Source of the DNA: Azolla caroliniana
Lineage: Eukaryota > Plantae > Polypodiophyta
Direction of reading: 5' to 3'
DNA: 64,000 nt
Assembly (NCBI GenBank): GCA_043228905.1
Contig: JBHGNT010000007.1
Span: 11,966,001-12,030,000 of the forward strand
Shown: piece by piece, positions 38,121 through 49,111 of the stretch
Numbering within the stretch: the stretch's first letter is position 1
Layout of the letters: each line of letters opens with the position of its first letter
Program-made: the position numbers and the translations under genes
Notes under the pieces: generated by a model
Databases searched by the model: none
Told to the model about the DNA's origin: nothing
Seen by the model: the letters and a program-made list of their open reading frames with translations, nothing else

Positions 38121-40315
38121 CATACCTGGTGGTTGCGACTGTGAACAAGATGCTCGAGAGGGATCAATTTGTGCTAGAATGGCTCGGGCGAAAGCATCGG
38201 TCTTCAAGTCCTCACATATAGTATCGATAACGTGGGAATCCATTGGCATGCCAAAGACCTGTATTGCTTGCAGTCGTGTCGGTCCCAAGATTACTTGCTT
38301 TTGGTTATCAAAAGCTGGCTCGCCGTGATGCGGTGCTAGGTACGAATGTCGTGATAATGCATCTGCCGATAGTCCGTGCTTCCTCGGACGATATGTAATT
38401 TTGAAGTCGAAACGCATGAGGAAGTGGGCCCACCGAGCTTGACGTCGATTTAACACACGAGCGTCCTGAAAGTAGGCAAGGTTTTTGTGGTCACTGAATA
38501 CAGTGACTTGATGAGAGGATCCCTCTAGAAAAGGCCTCCATTGTGTAAAAGAATCCACTATTGCCAATAGTTCCTTATCATGAATTTCGTAGTTGATTTC
38601 GGTGGCGTCAAACTTGCGTGACTGAAAAGCCATTGGATGTAGCTTCTCATCATTACCCCGTTGTGACAGAATGCTCCCCAATGCGAAATCCGATGCGTCT
38701 GCTTCGATAATGAATGGTTTTTCCAGATCGACATGAGCTAGAATTGGAGCCGATGTAAATACCTTTTTAAGACTCTCGAAAGCCATGTCCGCTTCTTTAG
38801 ACCAAACGAACGATTGTCCCTTCCTAGTAAGCTGTGTGAGAGGCAGAATGAGCTTTGAGTAATTCTGTATGAATTTCCGGTAAAAATTGGCAAAGCCTAA
38901 AAAGCATTGCACATCTCGCATCGAACGCGGAGTCTGCCACTCTACCACAGTTTTGACCTTAGATGGGTCCATGGAGATGCCTTCTGAGGAAATGACATAG
39001 CCCAAAAATTCCACCTGGTTGCACCCAAAACTACAGTTTTCCAGCTTTGCATAAAGACCATGTTCTCGAAGTCGTTTTAGTACTAATAGTACATGAGAAT
39101 CATGCTCTTCTTGGGTCTTCGAATAAACCAATAGATCATCCAAATAGATGATCAAACAAACATCCAAGAGATCTCGGAATATATCATTTGCCATGTGCTC
39201 GAAGACTGTTGGCGCATTAGTGAGGCCGAACAGCATGACTGTATACTCGAAGTGCCCATATCTAGTGCGAAACGCGGTCTTCCATTCATCTCCTGGTCGG
39301 ATCCGTACGAGGTTATAGGCTCCCCTCCCCGTAAGTCGATCTTTGTGAAGAACCTGGCACCATTGATCCGTTCTAAAAGGCTTGAGATAAGGGGAAGTGC
39401 ATACCTATTTCTGATTGTCACCTTATTCAAGCCACGATAATCTACAACGAGATGAAGTGATCCATCCTTTTTCTTGACGAAGAAAATGGGTGCGCCGGCT
39501 GGAGATTTCGAATGCCGAATGAAACCATTTTCCAAATTCTCCTCTATATAGGCTCGCGGGACTTCTAGCTCGGTTGGTGACAAACTGTAGATCGGTCCCC
39601 ATGGTGGCTCTTTCCCCGATTGTAAATCGATGGGGCAATCATACGGTCAATGGTGAGGAAGCATATTGGTTTGTACTTTATCGAACACATCGTCATAATG
39701 ATGATACTTCTTCGGAAGTTGAACAATGGACTCCTCTTTAATGGTGTCTAAGGGCTTTACGGATATTGCGAAGAGAAACATTTCTTCCTTGCGTCCTTCT
39801 TCCCGCAACTGATGTAGCGAAATGGTTGCAATCTCATGAGTAGATCCTCGGGCTTTTCGATACAGGATTTCTCTTGTTCTCCAATCTACGTCTGGGTTAT
39901 GTAATTCGAACCATGGTAATCCTAAAACAATGGGGTGTTCTGGGATGCTAATTATATTAAATGATACTACACATGCTAGATTATCTAGGACAATATTAAC
40001 GGGCTCTGACTCTTCTATGATATTTCCGGAAGCAATGGGACGACCATCAATGACTACTACAGAGGCTGGACACAGGAGTTTTCTGAGTGAAATTTGATGA
40101 GCTTGGGCAAAGTTCCTATCCATGAAGCAAGAATTAGCTCCAGAATCTAGAAGTGCTAAGACATGTACTAGAGGGGTACTTTTAGTACTAACTATTACTT
40201 GGGCTACGAACACATTGCTAACTTGCTTAGAGGGAATGGAGCCACTAATGGGTTGCACAGATCTAGGGTTGTCCAACCAAACGGCTCCTATTTTGGCTGG
40301 ACTTAGTCGTTTAAC
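38121..40315 (-). pseudogene. Chromovirus pol: protease, RT and RNase H
   Basis: [45 protein letters not shown] and EADASDFALG. Contains frameshifts and stops. Confidence 0.92.
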
Positions 40316-41443
40316 TCTTCTTCTAACTGACTAAGGACATCAAATTTGTTCGCTAGATTTGGGCTATTAGTACTATTAGGACTATCAGATATCCCTACTG
40401 AAATAGACTCGGGTTTAGTACAATCAGAACTAGCAACTATTTGGTTTACCTGCCTTCTTGGCCTATGGGGACAGTTTACTGCGATATGCCCTGGTCCACC
40501 ACAATAAAGACAGTCGGTTTGCTCGGCGTCATTGCTTTTCTTCTTCTGATAGCGGTCCACGACAACGTGTGGTATTAATTTCCATCGGAGTTGGAGTACT
40601 TACTGGAGGCGCATTATATGACTCCCTCGGAAAAGGTTTCACTACCACTGAGGCATAGGTAGGCTCTGATCTTGCCCTCAGAATCTGGAATTGTCGTTCC
40701 GAACGTCATTCGAAGAGGTGGTTGTCACATCTCACCGCGCGACTGATTGCTTCTGTTAATGACTTTGGCTCTTCGGGGAAGGTCAAGAGTAAATTCGTGA
40801 CATCGTTGCGTAAACCATAACGAAATTGCTCCATCAATGCGTGATCATCCCAAGGGATATCGGCAGCGAGTAGGCGGAAATCTGCAGCGTATGTGGAGGC
40901 TGGACGGTCACCTTGGCGTAATCGCCGAATTTTGTTGATTGTAGTCCTTATGATGTCAGTATCTCCAAAACAGGCCTTAAACTCACTTATAAATTCTTCA
41001 AAATTGTTTAGTAATGGAGATTCCTTTTCCAACAATGGAGCAAACCATGCTAACGCTGAGCCACTAAGGAGAGTGCCTACTAGTCCCACTCGTGATGCAT
41101 CGGTGGGATATTGAGAAGGATGCATTTGTATCACTAAATGTACCTAATTCAAAAACCCTCTAAACTGTGATCGGGTCCCATCAAACTTCGCAGGAAGACC
41201 GATCTTGGGTTCTTTGTGAATCCCTTGAGTGCTTGATCCTTGTTGTTGTAATGATAGGATAGTCGCTTCGAGTTGTTGTACACGTAACGTCAGCTCCCCA
41301 TGTTGTTGTTGTTTTTCCAACGCTATTTGATGAAGATCCCCCAACAAACGATGATTTTCTTGTTCTAGTGCTACAAATTTCTCTTTTAAGCACTAGAGGC
41401 TCGAGAAAACAGATTGGTATTCCTGAGCGCTAACAGTTTCCAT
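40303..41443 (-). pseudogene. Chromovirus gag (PEG10/Ty3-like capsid plus CCHC knuckle)
   Basis: EPKIGLPAKFDG, LRQGDRPASTYAADF and CLYCGGPGHIAVNCP, with premature stops. Confidence 0.88.
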
Positions 41444-41522
41444 TTTACTATGGAGGATAAGAGGATTAGTAAGAAGATAAAAGGAAGAGGAGGAAAGGAA
41501 GATATGGAAGGAAGAACGACCA

Positions 41523-41534
41523 AAATCGGTTCAA
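41523..41534 (-). promoter_or_regulatory. Self-priming-type PBS (TTGAACCGATTT on the element strand)
   Basis: Lies 2 nt after the 5' LTR and is the perfect complement of LTR 41751-41762, which starts 33 nt downstream of TATAAAA (41789-41795). Confidence 0.75.
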
Positions 41535-41639
41535 ACTATCAGGAACAGTACTAAGACAGAGAAGGAATTAGTACTAAAAGAAGTATTAGTACTAAGAGAG
41601 GTGAAGAACTCTCGAGAGAAGGAAAGAGTGAGTGGGAGG

Positions 41640-41686
<47 letters not shown>

Positions 41687-42019
41687 AGAAAAGATATATA
41701 TATTATGTGAAGAGAATGTACAATAGTAGCTAGGAGGCTTAAGACTGGCGTTGAACCGATTTGGTTCGAAATAATGCCTTGTGCCTCCTTTTATAGTGTT
41801 CTAAGGAATACTCCTGAAGTTTCTAGAATGTTCCAGAGAAATCTGGAATATACATCAATTTTCTATAATAAAAAATGAAAATAATATTTTATATATTACA
41901 ATGTATAGTCTAATGGTCAAGAGCTCGACCCATGTAGCATAAGGTTATGGGTTTGAGTCTTGCCATATCATGACACCCTCTACGTACACATTGCACTATT
42001 TTGAGCTTGATTCTAAACA

Positions 42020-43777
42020 ATATCAAGTCGAGCTTGTTACAGCTCTGGTTTCTTTCGATGGGGAATGGAAGGCGGTGGTGCTTCCCGAACTGCCAGGCTT
42101 CACATATTTGGGCCTTCTGGCCACTAAAGTTTGGCAATCCGAAAACAACATGTTTCGATTGCAGGTCTTCAAACCTCTGATAGTTGACATGGCCGATCCG
42201 CTTGTGCCACAAGTCGATATCCAATTCGACCTTCTATCCTTTTGCGAACATAGCAGTGCCGACGTCATTGGTGTCAAAGATAAACATCCTCCCATCCCGG
42301 CGCCCTTGCGCGATGATCTAGCCCTCTTCCTCAATGAAGCACTCGAGATGCGTAAATCCCACTTGCGTCCCCTGGTTGATGATATGTCCGATCGACACTA
42401 GCTTCTTTGTGTTTCATCACAAAGGCAAAGCTGAATCCATTTACGGAACCGGATCCTTCCGGTCCTTCCGAGCTTTGTCCGAATCGGCACGCTTTTCCCA
42501 GCACTCGCTCTCTTTGTGCCCCTTCCAGCCACAGTACCAACATTCTCTTGCGGTCTTCTCTTGCCAGCTTCCGTCACCACCTTGACTGCCCCTGCTTGTG
42601 GAGGGTCCGGAACTGTTGTCAGCATCATCATTGTGCCTCCAGTTTTGGTCTTGTCGGCCACTTCCACCGCATGCCGATCCGCCTCCGTGTACAACATCAT
42701 GTTGTCGGTGTGCATGCTCGTTGACGCACCCGCGTGGTTCTCCTCTATTAGGAGCATCGATTGTAGCTCGAAAAACAAGGGCATATTCTCCCTTGTACAA
42801 ACCGCCTTCCGGAATGCTCTGAACTTTGACGACAGGCCCTCGAGACAAACCTGCAGCATCTCATCCTCCGACAAGTGAGTCGTAGATGTCTTTGACTGGG
42901 GCCGTGTAGTCGGCCACAGACATGTCCGTCTATCGGACATTGCTCAACTCCTGTCAGAGTTACATCTTTTGGGCCATGGTGTTTGTGGCGAAGACCTTGT
43001 TTAGGTTTCCCCAAGCTTCCTTCAGCATCTTGGCGTCCCAAATATTGCTCAGCAATTGATCGCTGACACTGGATGCAAAGCAGTACATAACTCTACTTGC
43101 CGCTTGTTCCCAAGTCGGGAAGTCCCTGTGTGTCGCATCAGGTACCATATCGTTAGCTCTGTCGACATAACTCCAGTAACCGTGCCTGAGCAAGTATTGG
43201 TGCATCTTGTATGACCAAGATGCATAGTCGGATCTGTCGAGCTTTTCCGTCGGCATTGAGCTAGCCATTCCTCTGTCCATTCTAACCTTTGTTTTCTGTT
43301 CTCTATCGGGTGTCAGGGTTTGTCTTCGGAAATCACTCATCGGCTGCAGAGGTTCTCAACCCTCGCGCTTTGATGCCATGTAAAAGTGAATATGGGGAAG
43401 CTAAGACACAACCGGCTTAGCTAGATAGCAACAGAATACAGACACAGGTTTAATGGAAACCTTACACAAGAAAGAGAAACAGAGTTAGAGCAGAACACTC
43501 CTCATTTTCAAAATAATAACACTATGTACATATAGTGTACTCAGTGAGCACTTTTATACAAGTCCATAAAAGGACTGACACAAGTACTGATAGGTATTTC
43601 AATGCCCATACGAGCGACTGACACTGACTCCCAAAATATATGCCTACGTACTAGGCTAGAGTTGTAGGCCTCTAACGGCCTACCGGTTACAATCCAATCC
43701 AGTTCTCCATTCCGGATACCGATCCAGCTTTGGCTTATTCAGCCGATCTAGATCCGGTTGAGCTTGTCTGCTCAACA
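42020..43777 (-). mobile_element. Deleted Copia derivative (5' LTR 43379-43777, PBS, gag, GAG-pre fragment)
   Basis: gag MDRGMASSMPTEKLDR, degenerate iMet PBS, DIDLWHKRIGH. Confidence 0.85.

Positions 43778-43781
<4 letters not shown>

Positions 43782-43830
<49 letters not shown>
43782..43830. repeat. (CT)n microsatellite
   Basis: Uninterrupted TC run. Confidence 0.95.
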
Positions 43831-43831
<1 letters not shown>

Positions 43832-43907
43832 AGTTATACAAATCTAGCACAACCATCTCTTCTATCTACTCTCACAAAAGGAACCTCTCTATATTCATGG
43901 TGATTGG

Positions 43908-44067
43908 CATAGTTCTAGCCATACGCCCCATTCGTGCCATACTCATACGCCAATATTCGTATCATACTCATACATGAAAAGGCTCCGAGTAGGATTGAAA
44001 TCCATACGCGGTACATAGATATAATCATATATACATACGGTGTACATACTACATAGTGTGTGTGTGT

Positions 44068-44098
<31 letters not shown>

Positions 44099-44273
44099 CA
44101 TGTGTGGTCTAGAGAGAGAAGCCTTGTTTTGCATGTGTGAGGAGAAAGTGGTTGAGTGTATGTCTAGAGAGAGAGAGGAGCTAAGGGTTTTGTCAATGTG
44201 AGGGAGAGAGAAGCTCTGAGTGTGTATATTGGATTCTGTAGAGAGAGAAGATCTATCAGTTCTCGTGTGAGAG

Positions 44274-44309
<36 letters not shown>

Positions 44310-44473
44310 AGACGTCACTTCTGTTCGCAATGAAGTATGAATATCAGGAAAAAAAACTAAAAAAACAAAAAGGAAAAAAAAAATCCAAACGAGTGTTGCG
44401 TATCGTACGCGAACGTATGCAAACGTTCGCGTATGACCACCAAATTGGACGTACGCAAATATCAGGAACTATG
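43908..44473. mobile_element. Non-autonomous TIR element (MITE), hAT-like
   Basis: TIR CATAGTTC...GAACTATG, perfect 8-bp TSD GTGATTGG (43900-43907 and 44474-44481), subterminal ATACG/CGTAT repeats. Confidence 0.8.
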
Positions 44474-44880
44474 GTGATTGGTCACTCAAGCCTAATCAAG
44501 GAAGTATACGGCCAAGATAGACTCATGCAATTTGACACGTTCGACACAATAGGAAAAAATGCAATAGTGTGCAAACAAAGTTAATACACAAAATAGAAAT
44601 ATTGAGGCCAATATTTTGCAAGTTCGAAATCAAAGCTTACTTCAAAGATCTCTTGAAGGATTTACGAACTTGGTTATGTGAACAACTATGAAAAAATTAA
44701 TGATTGCATATATAAAAGCCAAGAAGGAGAGAGATGTTTGGACGCTCATTTGCCTCCTGAAAGTTCTCCCATCATAGTGAATAACCATAAGTCAACATTA
44801 GGTGTACATTAGTCGAAATATGAGCATGTAGAAAGTTAAAATAAGTGGTTAAAAATAATAGAAAATTGTATTCGATGATG

Positions 44881-45172
44881 TACCTCAGTTTTACAAGAGT
44901 TGGATGTCATAGGATTTCGTTACTATTGTAAATTACAAGTATATGATTGGCACAAAAAACTTCCCTTATAGAGCAAAGTTATAAATAACTTATCAAATAT
45001 GAGATATATCATATGACTTAGCAAATACCTCAATTTACAAGCGTTGGAATTGTAGGATTTTGTTATGGTTGTCGATTTTGACATGTTAATGAAAATGAAA
45101 CTAAGTTATATGATTGGCATAAATAACTTCCCTTACATAACAATGTTATAAACAACTTATCAAATGTGAGAT
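44881..45172. repeat. Degenerate direct duplication (about 146-bp offset)
   Basis: TACCTCA..TTTACAAG..ATATGATTGGCA..AACTTCCCTTA..AACTTATCAAAT occurs twice. Confidence 0.7.
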
Positions 45173-46813
45173 GGACAACTTTTTATTCTGTCAAACACAC
45201 ATGTGTGCGTAATCAAAACATAGAGACACCCAACGGTTGGTACTAGGCCCATGCACATCAATTAGCTTTTGTAAATTTGTTTCATGCATTAAACACATGG
45301 AAAAATTTTGAGCCTTTTTATGGTGTCAAAAAATTATATCTATATTTATTTGACCCCTAGTTTTTTTCTTAACTTTGTTTCTATTTTAAGCAGAGTATAG
45401 GTATCGCATGATTAGACGTATTTCAAAAGGTCTTTATAAAATAGAGAATTGTGGTGAGGATGCTTGCACTAATTATTCTTACGTTTCCACACATTCTCTT
45501 CGGTATGCCGTATAGAAAACAAATACTTTTTTCATTATGTGGATCGTTAAGATGTAATGTTCCATGGATTTTACATCTCAATGGATTTGTTGATGAAAAG
45601 CTTATAAACCTACATAATTTAACACAATCAAATAGTTGTTTCTTTTTCACAAATGTTTACATCATTTATCAACTTCATCTTATTGCTTTGTTTCATGTTA
45701 GTGCTTGTCGATTTCATGGATTCTTGCAAATAAAAAAAGAAATCCTTAACATAACTCACAATTTAGCAATCATCATCAAAGTTGTTATTAACAAGGATTT
45801 GATTCCTTTTTGCTTTTATATTTTCGAAGTTGTGATCTTTTAATTTAGTTTTATGTTATCATTAACCACCAAACTTGTATGCTACCTATTTGGTATAACC
45901 GTATATGTAAAGATAATGAATGTAACATATTTTCCCACATTCATGTGATTTCAACATTTTGAAAATTATTGTGGTGCTAGTACTTAATCAATATTGATAA
46001 ACAACATAATGTAGCATAACACTATAATATTGATGCAATCATTAAATTGACCCAACTTGGTTGAGAATATTGCTAGATGTATCAAAGGTGTACCAATGGT
46101 TCAATATTGTATTTCTCATCGCGTAAAAAAGGATCCTTGAGGTTTGTAATGTAATATATTCATGTTGAATGAACTCCTTGAACACGCACTTAATGTATCG
46201 AAACATCCTCATACGAGTCCATAGTCCAATGTTTAAGCCGACCAATGATGAAGAGGTCAAAAGCATTTCTTGCATGAGATAGAAAATGGCAATCTAGGTT
46301 TATTTCCCTCATATTTTGGAAGACAAATTTTTAAAACACTAACAAACTTGAAGGCATGTTAACTTAAGGTTCCAATAATGTAATCACTCTTTTGCTAGCT
46401 TATGAGATGATTCATCTACTTTGAAATGAGTTAGCATCAAACATAGCTTTTGATAACCAAAATATGGAATATAATGAACAATGGTGGAGCTTATCAAATG
46501 TCTAACAATGGGATTTTTCTTAATTTGTTGATTAATATTAAATAGATATAATAATGTGAGATTATACTATGGATTTAATTCTAGTTTATTGATCAAACTC
46601 CATGAAGTTTTATTATCTTTGATTTTTTAAAGCTGCCGAGTGAAAAACTTATTATATGTGCCTTAAATATAATATCCTTGTCCAACACCTCTTTAGCCAT
46701 CCTTTTCAAACCGTTTTTGCCAATATGATTGCCATCACATAAGATTTAAATTATTCATTCATGATCAAGTACTTGTACAATAGAACCATGAAGGAACCAT
46801 TTATGTTTTTAGA

Positions 46814-47030
46814 TTGAGAAGATGCAAACTGACACTTGTCCTAAAAATGTTGTTTTACAAATTCAACTTCCACAATTCAAAGGTTGAGATGATGCACACT
46901 GAAACTTTTCTCCTAAAAATGTTGTTTTACAATTTCAATTTCCACACGTCAATGGTTGAGATGATGCAAACTGAAACTTTTCTCCTAATAAGGTTGTTTT
47001 ACAAATTCAACTTCCACAATTCAATGGTTG
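46814..47030. repeat. About 72-bp tandem repeat, three copies
   Basis: TTGAGATGATGCAAACTGAAACTTTTCTCCTAAAAATGTTGTTTTACAAATTCAACTTCCACAATTCAATGG is repeated. Confidence 0.85.
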
Positions 47031-48202
47031 AAAACAATAGCTAGACCAGGCATAGACATTAATCACGATTTGAAGCATAGTGGCAATTATATCATTCGTT
47101 TCCTGGGAAAAAAGGGGAAGCTATAAATGAAGTTTAAATGCATGTAACATCCTAAACCCTACTCAACCAGAACTAGCAGACAGATATCTTAGATAAATAA
47201 CATAAATAGACCCCAATGAAAATCCTTTTATTTTCTCACCACGAACAGAAGAGAATGGTGGGTGTGATGCTCCTCGGTGTTGAGCACCCAAAGAAGCTAG
47301 ATTGCAATTTGCTCTTTGCCCATCAATGATAGGTGTGGCATCTGCACAGGCTCTTCTGCGGCTTCAGGATCACGAAATGTGACCTGGAGAGAGATATAGA
47401 TTCACACTTTTCATTATGAATCATATTGCCTCTCTAGTTGTTCCTCTAGATTTACTCAGTATATGAAATAAAACCGAATCCAAATTTTCAATGCTCAGAT
47501 ATATGACAAGAAGCTCTAGACATTTTTCCATGTGAAAAAGAGTCGTTTTTCCTCATGTTTCCAATATTTTGAGCTGCCACAGGCAAAGGTGGTAATCCAG
47601 GTGTGGTTTTGTTTTTATTTGGCGGGAGGGGGCACACATTGACATGAGTTCACTTTTCCTCTTGCTTCCCCATAGCATTCGATAATATAAGCCTCTTTTC
47701 TATGTAGGTAAGAGTGCACTTTCCCTTATGTTACCATATAAATATCAACGTTATGAGCTTTATTCCAATGTGAAGAAGAGCCCACTTTCTCACATGATTC
47801 AATGTCTTTAATAGAACTGTACATCATTAGCTTGTGTCCACTTTCCCCAATGTTTCCTTGCTATAATCAATGTTAAGTTTCTTCCCAAGTTCCAACGACA
47901 CATGATGTTAGACCAAAATCTGTGATGTGGAGAAAACATATCAGGAAAATGCCTACAATTCCATGGAAAAAACTTTTGACATTTTCCCCTTATGATTCGA
48001 GCCAACGTTTTTCCCAAGTAACCAGAGATATTTTCTGCCAATGATTCTGGCTTCATTATGGCTAATCAAGACCTGAGGTAATATATATATATATATATAT
48101 ATATACCAAGCAGCAAGAACCCACCCTTCTTGCATTGAATTGAAGAGCAGCACGTCTTTCTGAGATCTCCTTGCCAACATCGAATTTTAACTTATTTTAA
48201 TG

Positions 48203-49026
48203 TTATCTGAGTTGCAAGGTTTCCTCTGGCAATGACTGTGGCTTTGGCAGCGTAATGTTAGAACCTCCATTCAAAGTGGCAGCAGAAACTGCTGGTTTCC
48301 TTGCAGCTCGACCCCATTTGATAGCTGAGACCAGAGAATCTCCTTGGGATCCCAGTCCTCTTCGACCAACTAGTTTAACTCCAAGATTTTCACATAAGAA
48401 GACTAACCGCATCTTATCCCCTCCCCTAACCTCCATCAATTCTAAAGCTTGTTGTCGAGATATCATTGTGTAAAGGTGGAGCTGCTGCTGCTGATACATC
48501 TGAATTTGTTGAAATAAAAGCGTTTGTGGTAAAGGAGGCTGATCATTCATCCCGCTCTCATTGACCTTCTTCCTTGCACCCATACCAATCATCACCCGTA
48601 ATAGCACATGTGACTTAAGCTCACTAGTTCGAGGGTCAAAAAGTACAGCAAAGCATCCGAATTCGAGATCAGCTTCTCTGAACAAGTCTGCCAAAAGCGT
48701 AGCATAAGCCTGTGTGTCCTTCAGGATTGCTCGTTCAACTTTTGCAGGAACCAACCTGTTGGCAGCATGCGCGGTTATGTTACCAGCCTCCCTTAAACCA
48801 CTCAGCAATGCACCATGCATAGTTGCTGGGTACCTACGGTTTGTGGCCTCTCCAGCAAAAAATAGCCTCCCATCACCAACACTCTCTGCTAAAAGATCAT
48901 AGTCATCCCCTGATGCACCAACAGCAACGTGAGAATATGATCCAAAACTAAGAGGATCCCCTCCCCATCTCGTACATACAGTCTGGATAGGATCAGGAAC
49001 ACTAATTCCTTGAGGTTCATAAATGC
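48203..49026 (-). CDS. FLD: FLD-type demethylase, exon 2 (spliced protein about 1006 aa)
   Basis: An 85-bp GT-AG intron (49027-49111) restores [10 protein letters not shown]. Motifs [20 protein letters not shown] and the FLD-type C-terminus [14 protein letters not shown]...[22 protein letters not shown] follow. Confidence 0.92.
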
Positions 49027-49111
49027 CTGCCATTATAATAGAACTTAATTAAGTAACTAGGTGGTATCAATAAGGAATGCTCAAAAAAATTACAGTGACC
49101 ACTTTGCCAAC

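Larger units (their letters stand above)
30731..41975 (-). mobile_element. Ty3/Gypsy chromovirus, Tcn1-like, full-length and interrupted by Copia C
   Basis: LTRs 30731-31153 and 41537-41975, TSD CCCTC, PPT at 31154-31170. Order gag (ATG 41443), LLDSGA protease, RT (YLDD), RH, IN, GPF and chromodomain. Confidence 0.93.

Noticed and set aside
45400-46500. AT-rich ORFs as a decayed transposase or host gene
   Set aside because: No recognisable motif by eye; it would need a translated profile search.
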